A stretch of 46,823 nucleotides of DNA from Octopus sinensis (GCF_006345805.1 NW_021834935.1:1-46823); one strand, 5' to 3'; positions 24,447 through 37,065 are shown, numbered from the stretch's first letter. Made by a program: numbers and translations. The notes: generated by a model from the letters alone, not told the origin.

Positions 24447-24508
24447 GGCGGTGCCCCAGCATGGCCACAGCTCATGAGCTGAAACTAAAATCAATCAATC
24501 AATCAATC
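24447..24508 (+). mobile_element. Very short retroposon 3' tail with (AATC)n end
   Basis: GGCGGTGCCCCAGCATGGCCACAGCTCATGAGCTGAAACT, homologous to the SINE family A tail. Confidence 0.7.
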
Positions 24509-24711
24509 TATTTCTGGACAATCGGGGATGGGGTTTCTGACTCAACAACCGCCACCAGTACAACAATTGTCCGACCTTATCTCCAGGAATAAGACTTAAA
24601 AAAGGAAAGAGAATAAAGTTATGGCTTACGCAATTTGCAGAATTTAAAATAAAATCTCTGAAGGAAATATGTCAGAGGGGCTAGAAGCATGCACTTGAAC
24701 ACCGCTGACAG

Positions 24712-25100
24712 TGGAGGTGCAATGACCCAGTGGTTAGGGCAGCGGACTCACGGTCGGAGGATCGCGGTTTCGATTCCCAGACCGGGCGTTGTGTTTGTTT
24801 ATTGAGCGAAAAACCCTAAAGTTCCACGAGCCTCCGGCAGGGGTGTGGTGCGACCCCTGTTGTACTCTTTCCGCCCCAACTTTCTCTAACTCTTTCTTTC
24901 TTTCTTTTCTTGTCCCCGACTTCTACGCAACCGCTGAGCCTGGATGCGCATTTCATCCATCCGTCGATGCTCTCGGTGTCAGGGGGTTGACCTGCTATCC
25001 TACTCTCTCTTCTTCGGTCTTACGAATAGCAAAGGACCACGTTTCGGACTTATCCCACTAATGGGACGAAGACCGCTTCGCCCAACAAACAAACAAACAC
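24712..25100 (+). mobile_element. SINE family C, full length, (AAAC)n tail
   Basis: Colinear with the reverse complement of 15836-16221. Confidence 0.88.
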
Positions 25101-25464
25101 CACTAACAAATACAGATATATCAACCCTCATACGGAATAAATTCTTCGTTTATTAATATTATCTCCGCTTCCAGGGAATTTATCATAATTATGAAATCAA
25201 AATTAAGACCCGGGCCCTTTAAGAAGGAAACATAATCTCAAGAATCAAGAATTATTCAAAAATAGCATTCCATTCAGGAAAAGAAGAGGCGTCTGGAATA
25301 TGAGGAAAACTATGCGTAATTATGATACATTCTCTGGGGGCGGAGTAAAAGTTGATAAATCAAAAATTTATGTTGTATAGTATTTGATATACCTGTATTT
25401 GTCTACGATTATTCTGGCTTTTTCTCTCGTACCAAACCCTGTTCAATTCACTATTATTATTATT

Positions 25465-27352
25465 CTATGTTTGACTTTTGCTTTATATTTGTACAAGTTG
25501 GCTCCAAGTCTCACCCAGAGACCTCAAGAGACAACAGGTTGGAATTCATGTTGTTGTTATGTCTAGTGTGCCATATATTTGGAGGGGAGTTTTTGGTGTT
25601 GTACTAATGAATGTCTAAAAAAAAAGAAAAGAAAAAGAAAAAAAAGAAGAAAAAAAAATTTTTTTTTTTTTTAAACCGGAAATTATGTTTGTTTTAAACC
25701 TTGAGATTACATAGAAAGTATTTTGCGTAGATATGAGCAGTTCCCATGAGCACTATCTCTTCTGAATTTCTGCCATTTTTGGGTTTCCTGGTATCTGAGT
25801 TAGGTAGCTATCACCCCTTTTGCTATCATTCCCAGGGCACCTATGACAACAGGTATTGTTTTAGTATTCAGCTTTCACATTTTGCTGCTGATTTCTATTT
25901 CAAGATCTTTATATTTGCTCAGTTTTGGTAGGTCTTGATAGATACGTTTATATCGATTGGGACAGTCATATCAATGAGGAGGCATGTTCTTTGTCTGAAG
26001 TCGTTCAATATGATGTCTGGCCTATTTGCCATCTATCTTTCTGTCAGTTTGAATGGTGAAGTCCCAGAGGAGTGAGATGTGGTCATTTCACAGCATGGGG
26101 GTGGTTTGTGTTCCCACCAGTTTTTTTCATGGGGCAAATCCAGGTTTTTGCAGATTACCCAGTGAATATATTGTGCAGCTCTATCGTGTCTGTTGAGATA
26201 CTCTGTAGCGCTAGAAGACTGCACTTGGAGACCACATGGTCAATGGTTTCATTTTGTTGCTGGCAACACGACACGTTGGACTGCTTCTGATCTTCAATAT
26301 GTTGGCCTGGTAGTTTCTTGTGGTAGGCATTGATCTTGAGCTGCTATGATAAACCCCTCTGTTTTCAGATTTTAAGCCAGAGGCCATTAGCCATTGATGG
26401 GTCAGGGCTTTGTCAACATCTGCATTATTTGCTCTCTTTGGGTATTTGCCATGAGAGGTTTTTCTTGCCATTTATCATTCAGAATATCTAAGGCGCAGAT
26501 TTAGCACGGGTTTTCATGCGCTTAGCCTTTTCTGTCTGTGCCTGTTTCTTGTATGTCTATCTCTAATCCGAAATTTGTTGTATTCGGAATTCACTTAGAT
26601 ATTCCTCTGCCTGTTTTGTTACTGAGTATGATGCTTTTCTTGTTTTCACGTTTTGAGACAAGTTTTAACATCCAGTCCTCAGAGTTTTTTCAGGTAGGTG
26701 TCTAGGCCAATTGTAGCAATCTCATTGTTATATTGCCAGTTGTAAAAGTCCACGGCCTCCCTCTTTTCTTGGCAGATAAAGTCGTTCGTATCTGCCTTAG
26801 GGTGGTGCATTCTATGCATTGTCAACAGTTTTCGTATTTTTCTGTCAAGATTACATATTTCAGTAATTGACCAGTTAACGATATTGAAACTGTAAGTCAC
26901 ACACTGGTATGGCTAATGCATTGATCGCTTCGATCCTGTTTCTCGCAATTCAGCTCTGTCTTGAGTATTGCTCTTACTCTGCGATAACATTCTCTCCTGA
27001 TCCTTTCCTTCATCTCTGAATGCCTTATTCCTTCTCCTTCAATTACCCTAGGTACTGGTAGTTCTCTGCTGGGTCTAATTCTTTTATGACATTCTGCTGG
27101 TCAAGGTTACGTTAGATGTTTCTGTCATTTTTCCTTTGATAAGGTAGCTTTTGCACACTTATCGAGGCCAAATTGCATTCTGATTCATCACTGAATTGTT
27201 TGACAATCGCTAGTAAGCCTTTGAGTTGTTGGTCATTTTTTGCAAAGAGCTTTAAATCATCCATGTAAATAAGTTGATTTATATTTTTATCAAACATTTT
27301 ATACCCGTACTGCGTGTCATTGAGCAGTTTTGAGAGAGGTATTAAGGATAAA

Positions 27353-27354
<2 letters not shown>
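25465..27354 (-). mobile_element. 5'-truncated R4/Dong-like LINE (RT YMDD to RLE and 3' UTR), degenerate, (AAT)n on both sides
   Basis: YMDDLKLF at ~27267-27245; HPKAD; HGKY; WLMASGLKSE; RHDRAAQYIHW; (ATT)n at 25452-25464 and 27355-27414. Confidence 0.93.
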
Positions 27355-27414
<60 letters not shown>

Positions 27415-27416
<2 letters not shown>

Positions 27417-27494
27417 TTTTTTCTTCTTTCAAATTTGCTTCCATTTCTTGCCGGGTGTCTTCCCGACTCCTAGTGCAAAGAAACTCATAGTATA

Positions 27495-27495
<1 letters not shown>
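27415..27495 (-). mobile_element. ~80-bp extreme 3' end of the 14622-15493 Dong-like family between (AAT)n tracts
   Basis: Matches 15410-15493 (…CTAGG.GT..GGAA.ACACCCGGC.AGAAA.GGAAG…). Confidence 0.7.
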
Positions 27496-27560
<65 letters not shown>

Positions 27561-27599
27561 GTTGTTGTTATTATTATTATTATTGTTATTATTATTATT

Positions 27600-27630
<31 letters not shown>

Positions 27631-27890
27631 ACATTATTATTATTTTACCAAACTGTATGTATTATTCCTGGGTGCATGAATGGTTTTTCTGCCTTTGAGT
27701 ATTTTGTTAAAGTTAATGGAGTTAATAATAGTTTTGTTGCATCGAAGAAACATCTATTTTCTTAATGCATGTATATATATATATATATATATAAATAATT
27801 GTGTGAGTATATATACATATATTCGTGTGTGTGTATCTATCTCTATATATATGTATGTATGTATCTACATGTGTGTATGTTTGTGTGTGT

Positions 27891-27927
<37 letters not shown>

Positions 27928-28258
27928 CGCATGTATATATATATATGTGTATATCTATATATATATGTAAGTATATATGTGTGTATGTATGTATATATAC
28001 ATATATGTGTGTATGTATATATATATTTGTTGTGTGTATCTCTCTCTCTCTCTCTCTCTATATATAATATATATATATATGTACGTATGTATATACAACA
28101 TCTGAGTATGTTGTGTATGTGTTTTGTGTGTGTGTAAATATTATATAATATATATATATATAAGATATATATATATATATATATAGATGTATGTACATAT
28201 ATGTATGTATTATATATGTGTTATATAATATATATAATATATATATATATTATATATA

Positions 28259-28295
<37 letters not shown>

Positions 28296-28735
28296 ATGTA
28301 TATATGTGTATATCTATATTATGTATGCATATATGTATATATATATATATATACGTGTGTGTAGTTTTGTGTGTGTGCATCTATGTGTGTGCGAGTGTGT
28401 CTATGTGTGTACGTACGTATGTACGCTCGTTTAAATTAAACATACAGTACAAAATAAGAAAACTAGCGTTTTAAAGTTTGTTTGTTTCCTTATTTCTTTG
28501 ATTTTTTTGTTTTTTTGTTTTTTTCAAAATACATTGAATCCACCCAAATATATCTGTGACAAACAGGAATATTTTAAAATTCTTTTGAGATGGATTAACT
28601 TCATACAAAAGAACGAAAAATCACAAGGAATCTTTTTTTTTTCAATAATGATTTTGCAGCCCTTATTCCCATTGTGTTTAGATTTTCAATGAAAATGATT
28701 ACTCTAAAGCAAAATACACACACAAATATACATAC

Positions 28736-28782
<47 letters not shown>

Positions 28783-29461
28783 TGAAGGATTTCTTGAAAG
28801 ACATGAAGCAAACGAGCGATGATAATTCCGAAAATGTTACAAAGAAAATAATTTGTCTTGATTTCAATTCCTTATTATTGGTAAATAGATTCGCGTATTT
28901 TTACCTCAGTTACAATGCCAAGTTATTTAGATAATATAATAAGAAGGAAGATTTAGATATTTGAGAAAGGCATGTAGAAACAAGCAGCAATATGTAATTG
29001 TGTGTTTCATTGATAGGGTATCTTGCTTTAGCAAAGACTTTTATGGGGTTTCTTTTGAAATGAGCGCCATTTTTATTGCATTCCCTGACAATTTTGTTGC
29101 TTAAGTGTCTCATTTGAACAGAACACTGTAAATATACATTTCACAGGAAAACGATTGAATTCCATACAAGAAACACAGACTACGCACAGTCAGGAATGAT
29201 ATACATTCGCACGCAAATAAACACATATTTATACACACACACACACAGACTCGCATACACACACATACTAAATTGCACGCACTCACAACCAAACACACGC
29301 CTTATTATTTAAGATTAAACGCATACGCGTCTGTATATACATGTCTACATATATATGTGTGTGTGTATATATGAATATGTATATATATATTTCTCTCTCT
29401 ATATATATATACATACACACACACATATATATGTGTTATGTATATATATAATGTATATATA

Positions 29462-29507
<46 letters not shown>

Positions 29508-29696
29508 ATATAATATATATAATAATATATGTATATATATATATAGATATATATTTAATATATATATATATGTATTTATATATATATATATATATATATG
29601 CATATCAATGCATATAGGAATTGTATGTGTATATATTCATATTCACATATTTATGTGAATAAAGGCATAGACATCCATATTAGTATACCCACACAC

Positions 29697-29727
<31 letters not shown>

Positions 29728-30930
29728 TATATCGACTTAGCTATGCCCTTTGATAAAGCTGATCATGGGATAATACGCTACAAACTACGGAGACTGCCAT
29801 AACTAGAAAAATCGGAGAGTGGTTGTATGACTTCTTAAAAGACAGAAGCCAGGCTGTAGCAGCCAACGGAGTCCTCTTCAAGGAGACCATAATAGAAAGT
29901 GGAATGCCTTAGGAAACTGCATCAGGGCCATTACTGTTCATGGTGGCTCTTTCAGACATGCCATGTTACACAGACAGCCACATGTACTAGCTATTCCGGC
30001 AACACAAACGTAGCACAAACAGTCAAGGAACCTTCTGATGTTAATCTTCTACAGAAAGACTTAGATGCCATATATAAATGGGCTGAGTAAATGGGCCGAG
30101 GACAACAACATGAAATTTAATGCAGGCAAATTCCAAGCCCTCTGTTACCAGCTAATTGGTTCTCAGAAGCCCCAACAACGATACTCTGTACCCCAAGGCG
30201 CAGCAATCCCAGAATCACATACGGTGCGAGGTCTTGGGATTGATATGACAAACGATGACTTGTTTCATATGCATATTACCAAGATGGTGGCAGTGTGCAG
30301 GCGAGTGGCCGGATGTATTCTGAGAACCTTCAGAAGAAGGGACCAGGAAACTCTGCTGGTCCTATGGAGAGCATTTGTCCTCAACCGTCTGGACGACTGC
30401 TTTTAACTGTGGGCACCCTACAGTTTTGGATTAATAACGATTCAGTGATGCGACACAAGGAAGATTGCATCAGTGGAACAGATGAGCTACTAGAAGAGAC
30501 TTAAAGGGCCACGACTCTACGCCCTGGAGAGAAAACGGAAGAGGTATATGCAGTGATATATGTTTGGAAGATACTGGAGGAGCTGGCACCAAACTTTGGA
30601 GTTGAGAGTTATAACAGATCTCGAATTGGACGTCACTGCACTGTTCCAAAAGTCCCAAAAGTCCCAGATGTCCCATCTAATGTGAGGATCATGTGCTGCA
30701 ATAGCTTAGGATTCATGTGGCCACAGCTATTTAACGCCTTGCCAAAACATCTGAGAAATCTCGATGGAGTAGGGGGGCAGATATTTTCAAGAAACAATTC
30801 AACCTCTCTATCTAGGGCCTTACAACTTTCTCCAAAACCTCTGTGTAGATAGTGACATTGTGAAAAATAAGTGACTAGGCATGCTATCACCTTCATTACT
30901 AATGACTCCCAGAACCATCACAGTTGTTGG
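29728..30930 (+). mobile_element. CR1/L2-like LINE RT fragment, degenerate
   Basis: IDLA.PFDKADHG, SG.P.G, LQKDLDAIYKWAE, NNMKFNAGKFQAL, IYVWKILE; stops and frameshifts. Confidence 0.85.
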
Positions 30931-31231
30931 GAACTTAGTATGTATGACTGTTGGAAGTTCATTTGGATCTAAGCATAACCATTTGCCGTTCTTTTGATTT
31001 GCTTATTGGGCCTGATCGAAGTTTTTTCTCATCGGAGTAAAACCAAAGCATTTTAGTCTCTTCCTGTTTAACTTGTTTAACAAGCGCTACGTACGTATTG
31101 AACGACCCTATCATGTCACCTCCGACATAAACTGAACCCTTCGCATCACATACGATTTGTACCGGATATTCTCATGCACACCTTTTTTGATAGTAGTGCA
31201 TTCTGAAACCGTGAAGTCCTGATTAACTTAC

Positions 31232-31361
31232 TGGGGATTTTGTCGATTATTTCCTCAACTTTTAATACCGATTCATGTGTTCTGGTGGTATTAAGATTTG
31301 GAGCATGCGCTTTGCGTTTAGCCGTTAATGTTGGACCCCCGTCAACGTTTTTCAGTTCCAT
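31232..31361 (-). CDS. Candidate first coding exon of an unknown host gene (MELKNVDGGPTLTAKRKAHAPNLNTTRTHESVLKVEEIIDKIP; whole exon 31466-31232)
   Basis: Strong acceptor CTTATTTTCTTATTTTGCTTACCTTACTTTTCAG| at 31467; ATG in AAAATGG context; consensus donor CCA|GTAAGT (phase 1); non-repetitive sequence. Confidence 0.5.
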
Positions 31362-31562
31362 TTTAACTTTGACAACGGAGGATCAAGCAAATTTCAGGAA
31401 GCGAGCTATCTTTCCCGGCATTGATTACAGCACGTCTTTTCCTTTGCTGAATCAGATATTATTCACCTGAAAAGTAAGGTAAGCAAAATAAGAAAATAAG
31501 TTAGAGCTCTACAAAGAGATAACCTCAAACATCTGATGCGCACTGCATATATACATATGTAT

Positions 31563-31606
<44 letters not shown>

Positions 31607-31612
31607 TTATGC

Positions 31613-31699
<87 letters not shown>

Positions 31700-31902
31700 C
31701 GCGGAGTAGATAAAACAGGGGACAACTGATGAAGGGATTGTTCTTTATTTTGCCTGTCTCGTTTCTCTATTTGTTTCTTTCGTTGTTCGAAAAAAGTCCG
31801 TTTTCGATTATCTTTTATGTTATCGTTTTTCATTTTGTTCACGTATTTTTGACGTCCTGTACCCATATATGCATGTATATATGCAAATATATATAATATA
31901 TA

Positions 31903-31940
<38 letters not shown>

Positions 31941-31984
31941 TATATATATATATAATATATATACATATACATATATATATACAT

Positions 31985-33043
31985 ATGAGAGCTGGCGTCC
32001 CGACCCATCACACAGATAGGAATAAGCATATATGGTTTGTAATTCCCTTTGGTAAGCAGATTAGAACTAACCTCCCCCTCATGTTTAGACAAGCCATCGC
32101 CAATAACTTCCCCAGAAATTCCAAATATTACTCCACGGTTAACTCGCATAAAGTTAGGATAGCTTTCTCCAACACTAAAAACCTCGCCCAGATAATCGCC
32201 TCCCATAATAACAGGCTACTTACTAAGACCCTATCAACTTTTTCCGGAGGCACAGCCTCTTCCGCTCCCGGTTTAATGCTCAGTAGGAATAATTATAGTA
32301 GTAATATGATATTAGCCAGTACAGTGACACATAATCTCAGCTCCAGCCAGGGAGTACCCACTAGGGGTATAGTTATAAATAGGGGTGTTGTGGTTGACGG
32401 TAACAATGGGAGTAGGGTAGAGAGCCCCAATAGCATCCCCAGCATCATTTCCCGCAATAGCAGCACCACGGGCACTAGCAATGACAGCACTCTGATAGAT
32501 AGTGGAGAATCAGGGGTTATTCCTATAGTTAATAGTGACGTAGTGGAAAATAGAGTAGTAAGCGGCTGCAGTTCTCGGAACGAATATAGTGACAGGAACG
32601 CAGTTCTAATTTCAGAAACTAATCCTAGCAGAATAAGATTCACGTCGGCGAACTCCAAGATCAAAAACGCCGTCTACCAATGCAAGGTTTACACGGACTC
32701 AGATGTCTTCACTTATGTAGGGGCCTCATCGTCAAGATTGGCTTTGCGAGTCTCCAACCATTACGCAACTTTTCGGGACATGAACAAGCGCCAGACCACG
32801 GGACTCAGCAAGCTAATATGGCGACTGAAGGATACGAACTCAAGCTACAGGCTGGAATGGTCAATTTTGTCGGTAGCCCTCGCATTTGATAGGGGCAGAA
32901 GGCAGTGCAACCTTTGTGTCTCCGAACTCTTCCATATTTTGTTTGCCAGAGGCCGGATGGTAAACGGACTTTTACAGTCGGCTTTTCGATGCCCCATTGA
33001 CGGCGTTACACTTATCTGGCTTTTAAATAGCGTTTACAAATAA
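31985..33043 (+). CDS. Penelope-like element ORF remnant: RT thumb + long linker + GIY-YIG endonuclease; RT core missing
   Basis: IWF..PF...FP.....N..KV.IAFS...N+AQIIASHN..LL; AVYQC...TYVG; RVSNH..TF; T.LSK.IW.LK; W.IL; CNLC.SE. Confidence 0.85.
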   Translation: MRAGVPTHHTDRNKHIWFVIPFGKQIRTNLPLMFRQAIANNFPRNSKYYSTVNSHKVRIAFSNTKNLAQIIASHNNRLLTKTLSTFSGGTASSAPGLMLSRNNYSSNMILASTVTHNLSSSQGVPTRGIVINRGVVVDGNNGSRVESPNSIPSIISRNSSTTGTSNDSTLIDSGESGVIPIVNSDVVENRVVSGCSSRNEYSDRNAVLISETNPSRIRFTSANSKIKNAVYQCKVYTDSDVFTYVGASSSRLALRVSNHYATFRDMNKRQTTGLSKLIWRLKDTNSSYRLEWSILSVALAFDRGRRQCNLCVSELFHILFARGRMVNGLLQSAFRCPIDGVTLIWLLNSVYK

Positions 33044-34236
33044 TACCGGCACCCATAGCCCTTGGTAACAAATTCTGAAATAGCCTTTAAGATATTTACG
33101 ATTAACCACTGCAAGGGGAATTACCCCTGTAAGATAAACGGGGCTTGGTTTTTTGACAACGGGGGGTTACCTTGACAAGGCAGGCTCAGACGACACACAC
33201 ACACATAAAACATAATATATATTTTTTTTCTGCCACCCAACGGTTCTTACTGCAGTAGCCATTGTGGAGAGCGGTTTAGCCACTGACAGCCGAGCGATCA
33301 AACGCACACACGTACACAAAATATGTTTTCTACCCCTACGCCAGCACACACATATATAGAACAGTATACACACACATGTCTCTAAGTAGATTTTTTCTCG
33401 CCCCTTATAAAACATCCAATATTCCTTAAATAGTCAGAACTTTATTCTCGGTCACAAAGAACATCTACACACCCTCACCCACATGATTGACCGCTGCCTG
33501 ACCCGTTAAAATCTTCAGCCACCGGTTCTCAACATACACTGATAAACAGTTTTGCCATGGGCTCTTAGGAGCCTAGTTCGATTTGTTTTGCTCCGCCTCT
33601 GTTCTGCTTTTTGTTTTTTCCAACGGATTTCCTATTTCTTCCTGAAGAGAAAGACACAATATGGTCTCATTATTCAATCGGATTTTGGTAAATTGTGCCT
33701 TTCGAAACACGTGTAGAATGAAATAAAACGATTTCTGTTCAATCTTCGTTCAGCTCCATTTCTTCAATTCACCAATTATATATATACATATATATATATG
33801 TGGTGTGTGTGTGTGTATGTGTATGTACAGACACACAGACAGACAGATAGATAGATAATAGATAGACGCATGCTCGTACACGCACTCACATACACACACA
33901 CACACTAATATCCAGATAATGTTGGAAAGAATGGTATTCGATTGGTTTGTCTTACAATTTTCTCAAACTATATCTTTCCTTGCTACCCTTAATAACCTTC
34001 ACACGACTAAACCAGGTAAATACCTGCTTCATTCTAATAACCAATCAGTACCCTTCGTATCGCTATTAATGTGTCTCACTTCTCAGACTTTGCATTAAAA
34101 ACTTTGACAAATTCTTCTTAGAATCAAGATTTTATAGCTCTGCTTCACCCAGTCATGTTTTCCATACAGACACACACCCATACACACATCGGACATGAAA
34201 CCCGATAAATTCATCAGCTTCGAGATGTTAAAATAC

Positions 34237-34640
34237 TGAGCTGGCAGAAACGTTTGCACGCCGGGCGAAATGCTTAGCGGTATTTCGTCTGCCGCTACGT
34301 TCTGAGTTCAAATTTCGCCGAGGTCGACTTTGCCTTTCATCCTTTAATAAATAAGTACCAGTTACGCACTGGGGTCGATATAATCGACTTAATCCGTCTG
34401 TCTGTCCTTGTTTGTCTCCTCTGTGTTTAGCCCCTTGTGGGTAGTAAAGAAATAGGTATTTCGTCTGCCGTTACGTCCTGAGTTCAAATTCCGCCGAGGT
34501 CGGCTTTGCCTTTCATCCTTTCGGGGTCGATTAAATAAGTACCAGTTACGCACTGGGGTCGATGTAATCAACTTAATCCCCTTGTCTGTCCTTATTTGTC
34601 CTCTGTATGTTTAGCCCCCTGTGGGCAATAAAGAAAAAAA
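34237..34640 (+). mobile_element. SINE family B head plus tandem unit
   Basis: Head followed by a second unit restarting at GGTATTTCGTCTG. Confidence 0.87.
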
Positions 34641-34744
34641 AATGCTCTGGAGTAGAATTTCACCTACGCTACTAGACTTATAAAATGGCGAAAAAAAATA
34701 GCATGTAAGTTATCTCCCTTTACACCCTTTTGGGATAAATGTTA

Positions 34745-35404
34745 ATGATGATGATGATGAGGAGGAGGAGGAGGAGGAGCAGGAAGGGGGAGGAGGAGGA
34801 AGTGGAGGAAGTGGATTTGGCAAAATCGTCAACGTACCGTACGAAATGTTCAACAGCATTTCTTCCGGCGCTTTGCGTTCGGCACTACTCGTGTATCCCC
34901 GCCCACCGCTCCTCTGAACACTTTCACTACCAGCGCCATTCCCACCACCTTCACCATCACCATCACCGCCACCAGCAACACTACCGCCATTACAATTGCC
35001 ACAAGCTTGTATAACTACACTCCCACCACCACCTTCATCACCACCACCACCACCACCACCCTCATCACCACCACCACCACCACCACCACAACCACCACCA
35101 CCATCACCATCGCCATTACCACGACTAAGTACTACTACCACCACCACCACCACCACCTCCTCCTCCTCCACCTCATGACCAATGTATAGGTCAGCTTTAT
35201 ATTGTACAAAGTCCCGGGAGTCAGAAGAGACGGAAATCTGCTGGGACTGAACGCTGTTCCGTTGAAATGACAGCCTGGCATTATGTCTGTCTGTGGGTCC
35301 CTATCACAGCTGGACGCCATATTGGCTCCTATTTTACCTACAATGACACTTCCACCTAACCACCTCACTCTCACCATCTCTCACTCTTTATTTCTCTCCT
35401 CCTC

Positions 35405-35454
<50 letters not shown>

Positions 35455-35900
35455 TTTTCTCTCTCTCTCTCTCTCTCATTCACTATGTCTTCCTTTATGC
35501 TCTTTCACTCGCTCCCACTACTTCATTCCCGTCTACTTATCCTACTCCTCCCCCACTAAATCTATCATTTTTCTCTCTATTCTCTCCTTTTCTTCTCGTT
35601 CCCTTCTTTCTTTTTTTCAGTCCTTTTTTTATTTCTTGCATTCCTTCTTTCTTTACTTCATTTTTTACTTTCTTACTTGACCCCACCCCCTTATTCCTTT
35701 GTCTTTCTGTCTTTCTTTCTCTCTCATCTCTCTCTCCCTGTCCCCCCTCACTTTCTCTCTCTCTCTCTCTCTCTCTCTAATTCTATTTCTTGTCTCCCTT
35801 ACATGACACTCCACCCTCTATTTCATTTCTATTATCAATTATTTAACCAATCACTTCTTTCCCTTCGTCTTCTATATTTCCTAATTTCTTTTCCTATTAT
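34745..35900. repeat. (GAT/GAG)n, (CAC)n and (CT)n low-complexity blocks
   Basis: Direct reading. Confidence 0.9.
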
Positions 35901-35959
35901 CTTAATAAATCCTTTCTACAATAAACACAAAGCTTGAAACCTTAGGAGAGGGGCCTAAT

Positions 35960-36235
35960 TGATCTCAAGGCAAGGTCGACCTCGGCCGAATTTGAATTCA
36001 AAATGCAGAGACGGACGAAATGCCGCTCTAATCGTATAGGCACAAGGCCTGAAATTGGGGAGGAGGATAGTCGATTACATCGACCCCAGTACGCAACTGG
36101 TACTTAATTTATCGACCCAAAAGGATGAAAGGCAAAGTCAACCTTGGCAGAATTTCAACTCAGAACGTAAAGGGGGACGAAATACCGCTAAGCATTTCGC
36201 CCGGCGTGGTAACGATTCTGCCAGTTCACCGCCAT
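35960..36235 (-). mobile_element. SINE family B (full copy plus a fragment)
   Basis: Box A/B and central domain on the minus strand. Confidence 0.8.
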
Positions 36236-36275
36236 ATATTATAATAATAATAATAATATATAATATTATAATAAT

Positions 36276-36623
36276 AGAGCACTCAGTGAGCGCAAACCTT
36301 CGCCAAGGCAACACCAACGTCCTCTCAACGATTAGCCAGAGAGGATTTTTAAAATGAGAATATCTGAAATAAACTCGGCTGCTCTCACAAAAGAGAATAC
36401 TAAAAATGATCCCGACCGCTCTAAAAAATTAAGTAAAAAAGCAGGAAAATAATCCAGAATCCTTGTCCGGTACCGGATCGATCCCAAATTCTAATCAGTT
36501 CGTGCCAGTCACAAAAGTTTCATCCGAATTCATCCTGCAGTTCTTGAGAAATTTTGTCCACGGACAAACACACAAACAAACGCGACTTGAAACCTCCACC
36601 TCCACCTTCGCTAGGGCGGAGGT
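36276..36623 (+). mobile_element. Helentron-associated (DINE-1/HINE-like) non-autonomous element
   Basis: Subterminal ACCTTCGCC (36296-36304) is inverted to the terminal GGCGGAGGT (36615-36623); short 3' hairpin; (ACAA)-like repeats; A/T-rich flanks. Confidence 0.55.
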
Positions 36624-36639
36624 AATAATAATCCTTTCT

Positions 36640-37065
36640 ACTGGAAGCACAATACCTCAAATTTGGGGGAAGCAATTAAGTCAATTATGATACATTGACC
36701 CCTGTGCGTAACTGGTACTTATTTAATCGAAAGACTGAAAGGCAAAATCGCCCCCGGCGGAATTTGAACTCAGAACGTAACAACAGACGAAATACCGCAA
36801 AGCATTTTGCTCGGCGTGCTTAACGATTCAAGCCAGTTCGCCACATTCGATATTAACAATAAATGATAATGTTTAAAATTTTTTGCCACAAGGGCAGCTT
36901 GTAGGAAGAGGATTAAGTCCATAACATCGACCCAAATGTTTCACTGGTACTTAATTTATCGACCCTCGAAAGGATGAAATGCAGCTTCGACCTCTACGGA
37001 ATTTGAACACAGAACGTGGCAGCAGACGAAATACCGCTGAACGTTTTGCCCGACGTGCTAACGAT
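36640..37065 (-). mobile_element. Two adjacent SINE family B copies
   Basis: Two box B/central-domain matches. Confidence 0.78.

Noticed and set aside
28910-29126. Minus-strand ORF with a possible acceptor
   Set aside because: It stops before the nearest donor, has no recognisable homology, and is AT-rich enough to be chance.
31726-31800. CTGATGAAG hammerhead-like core
   Set aside because: No closing stem II followed by GAAA and no stem III/NUH in register.
33109-33133. AGGGG/CCCCT hairpin after the Penelope ORF, at the expected pLTR hammerhead position
   Set aside because: Both core segments are non-canonical (CTGCA, GTAAG), so it cannot be called.
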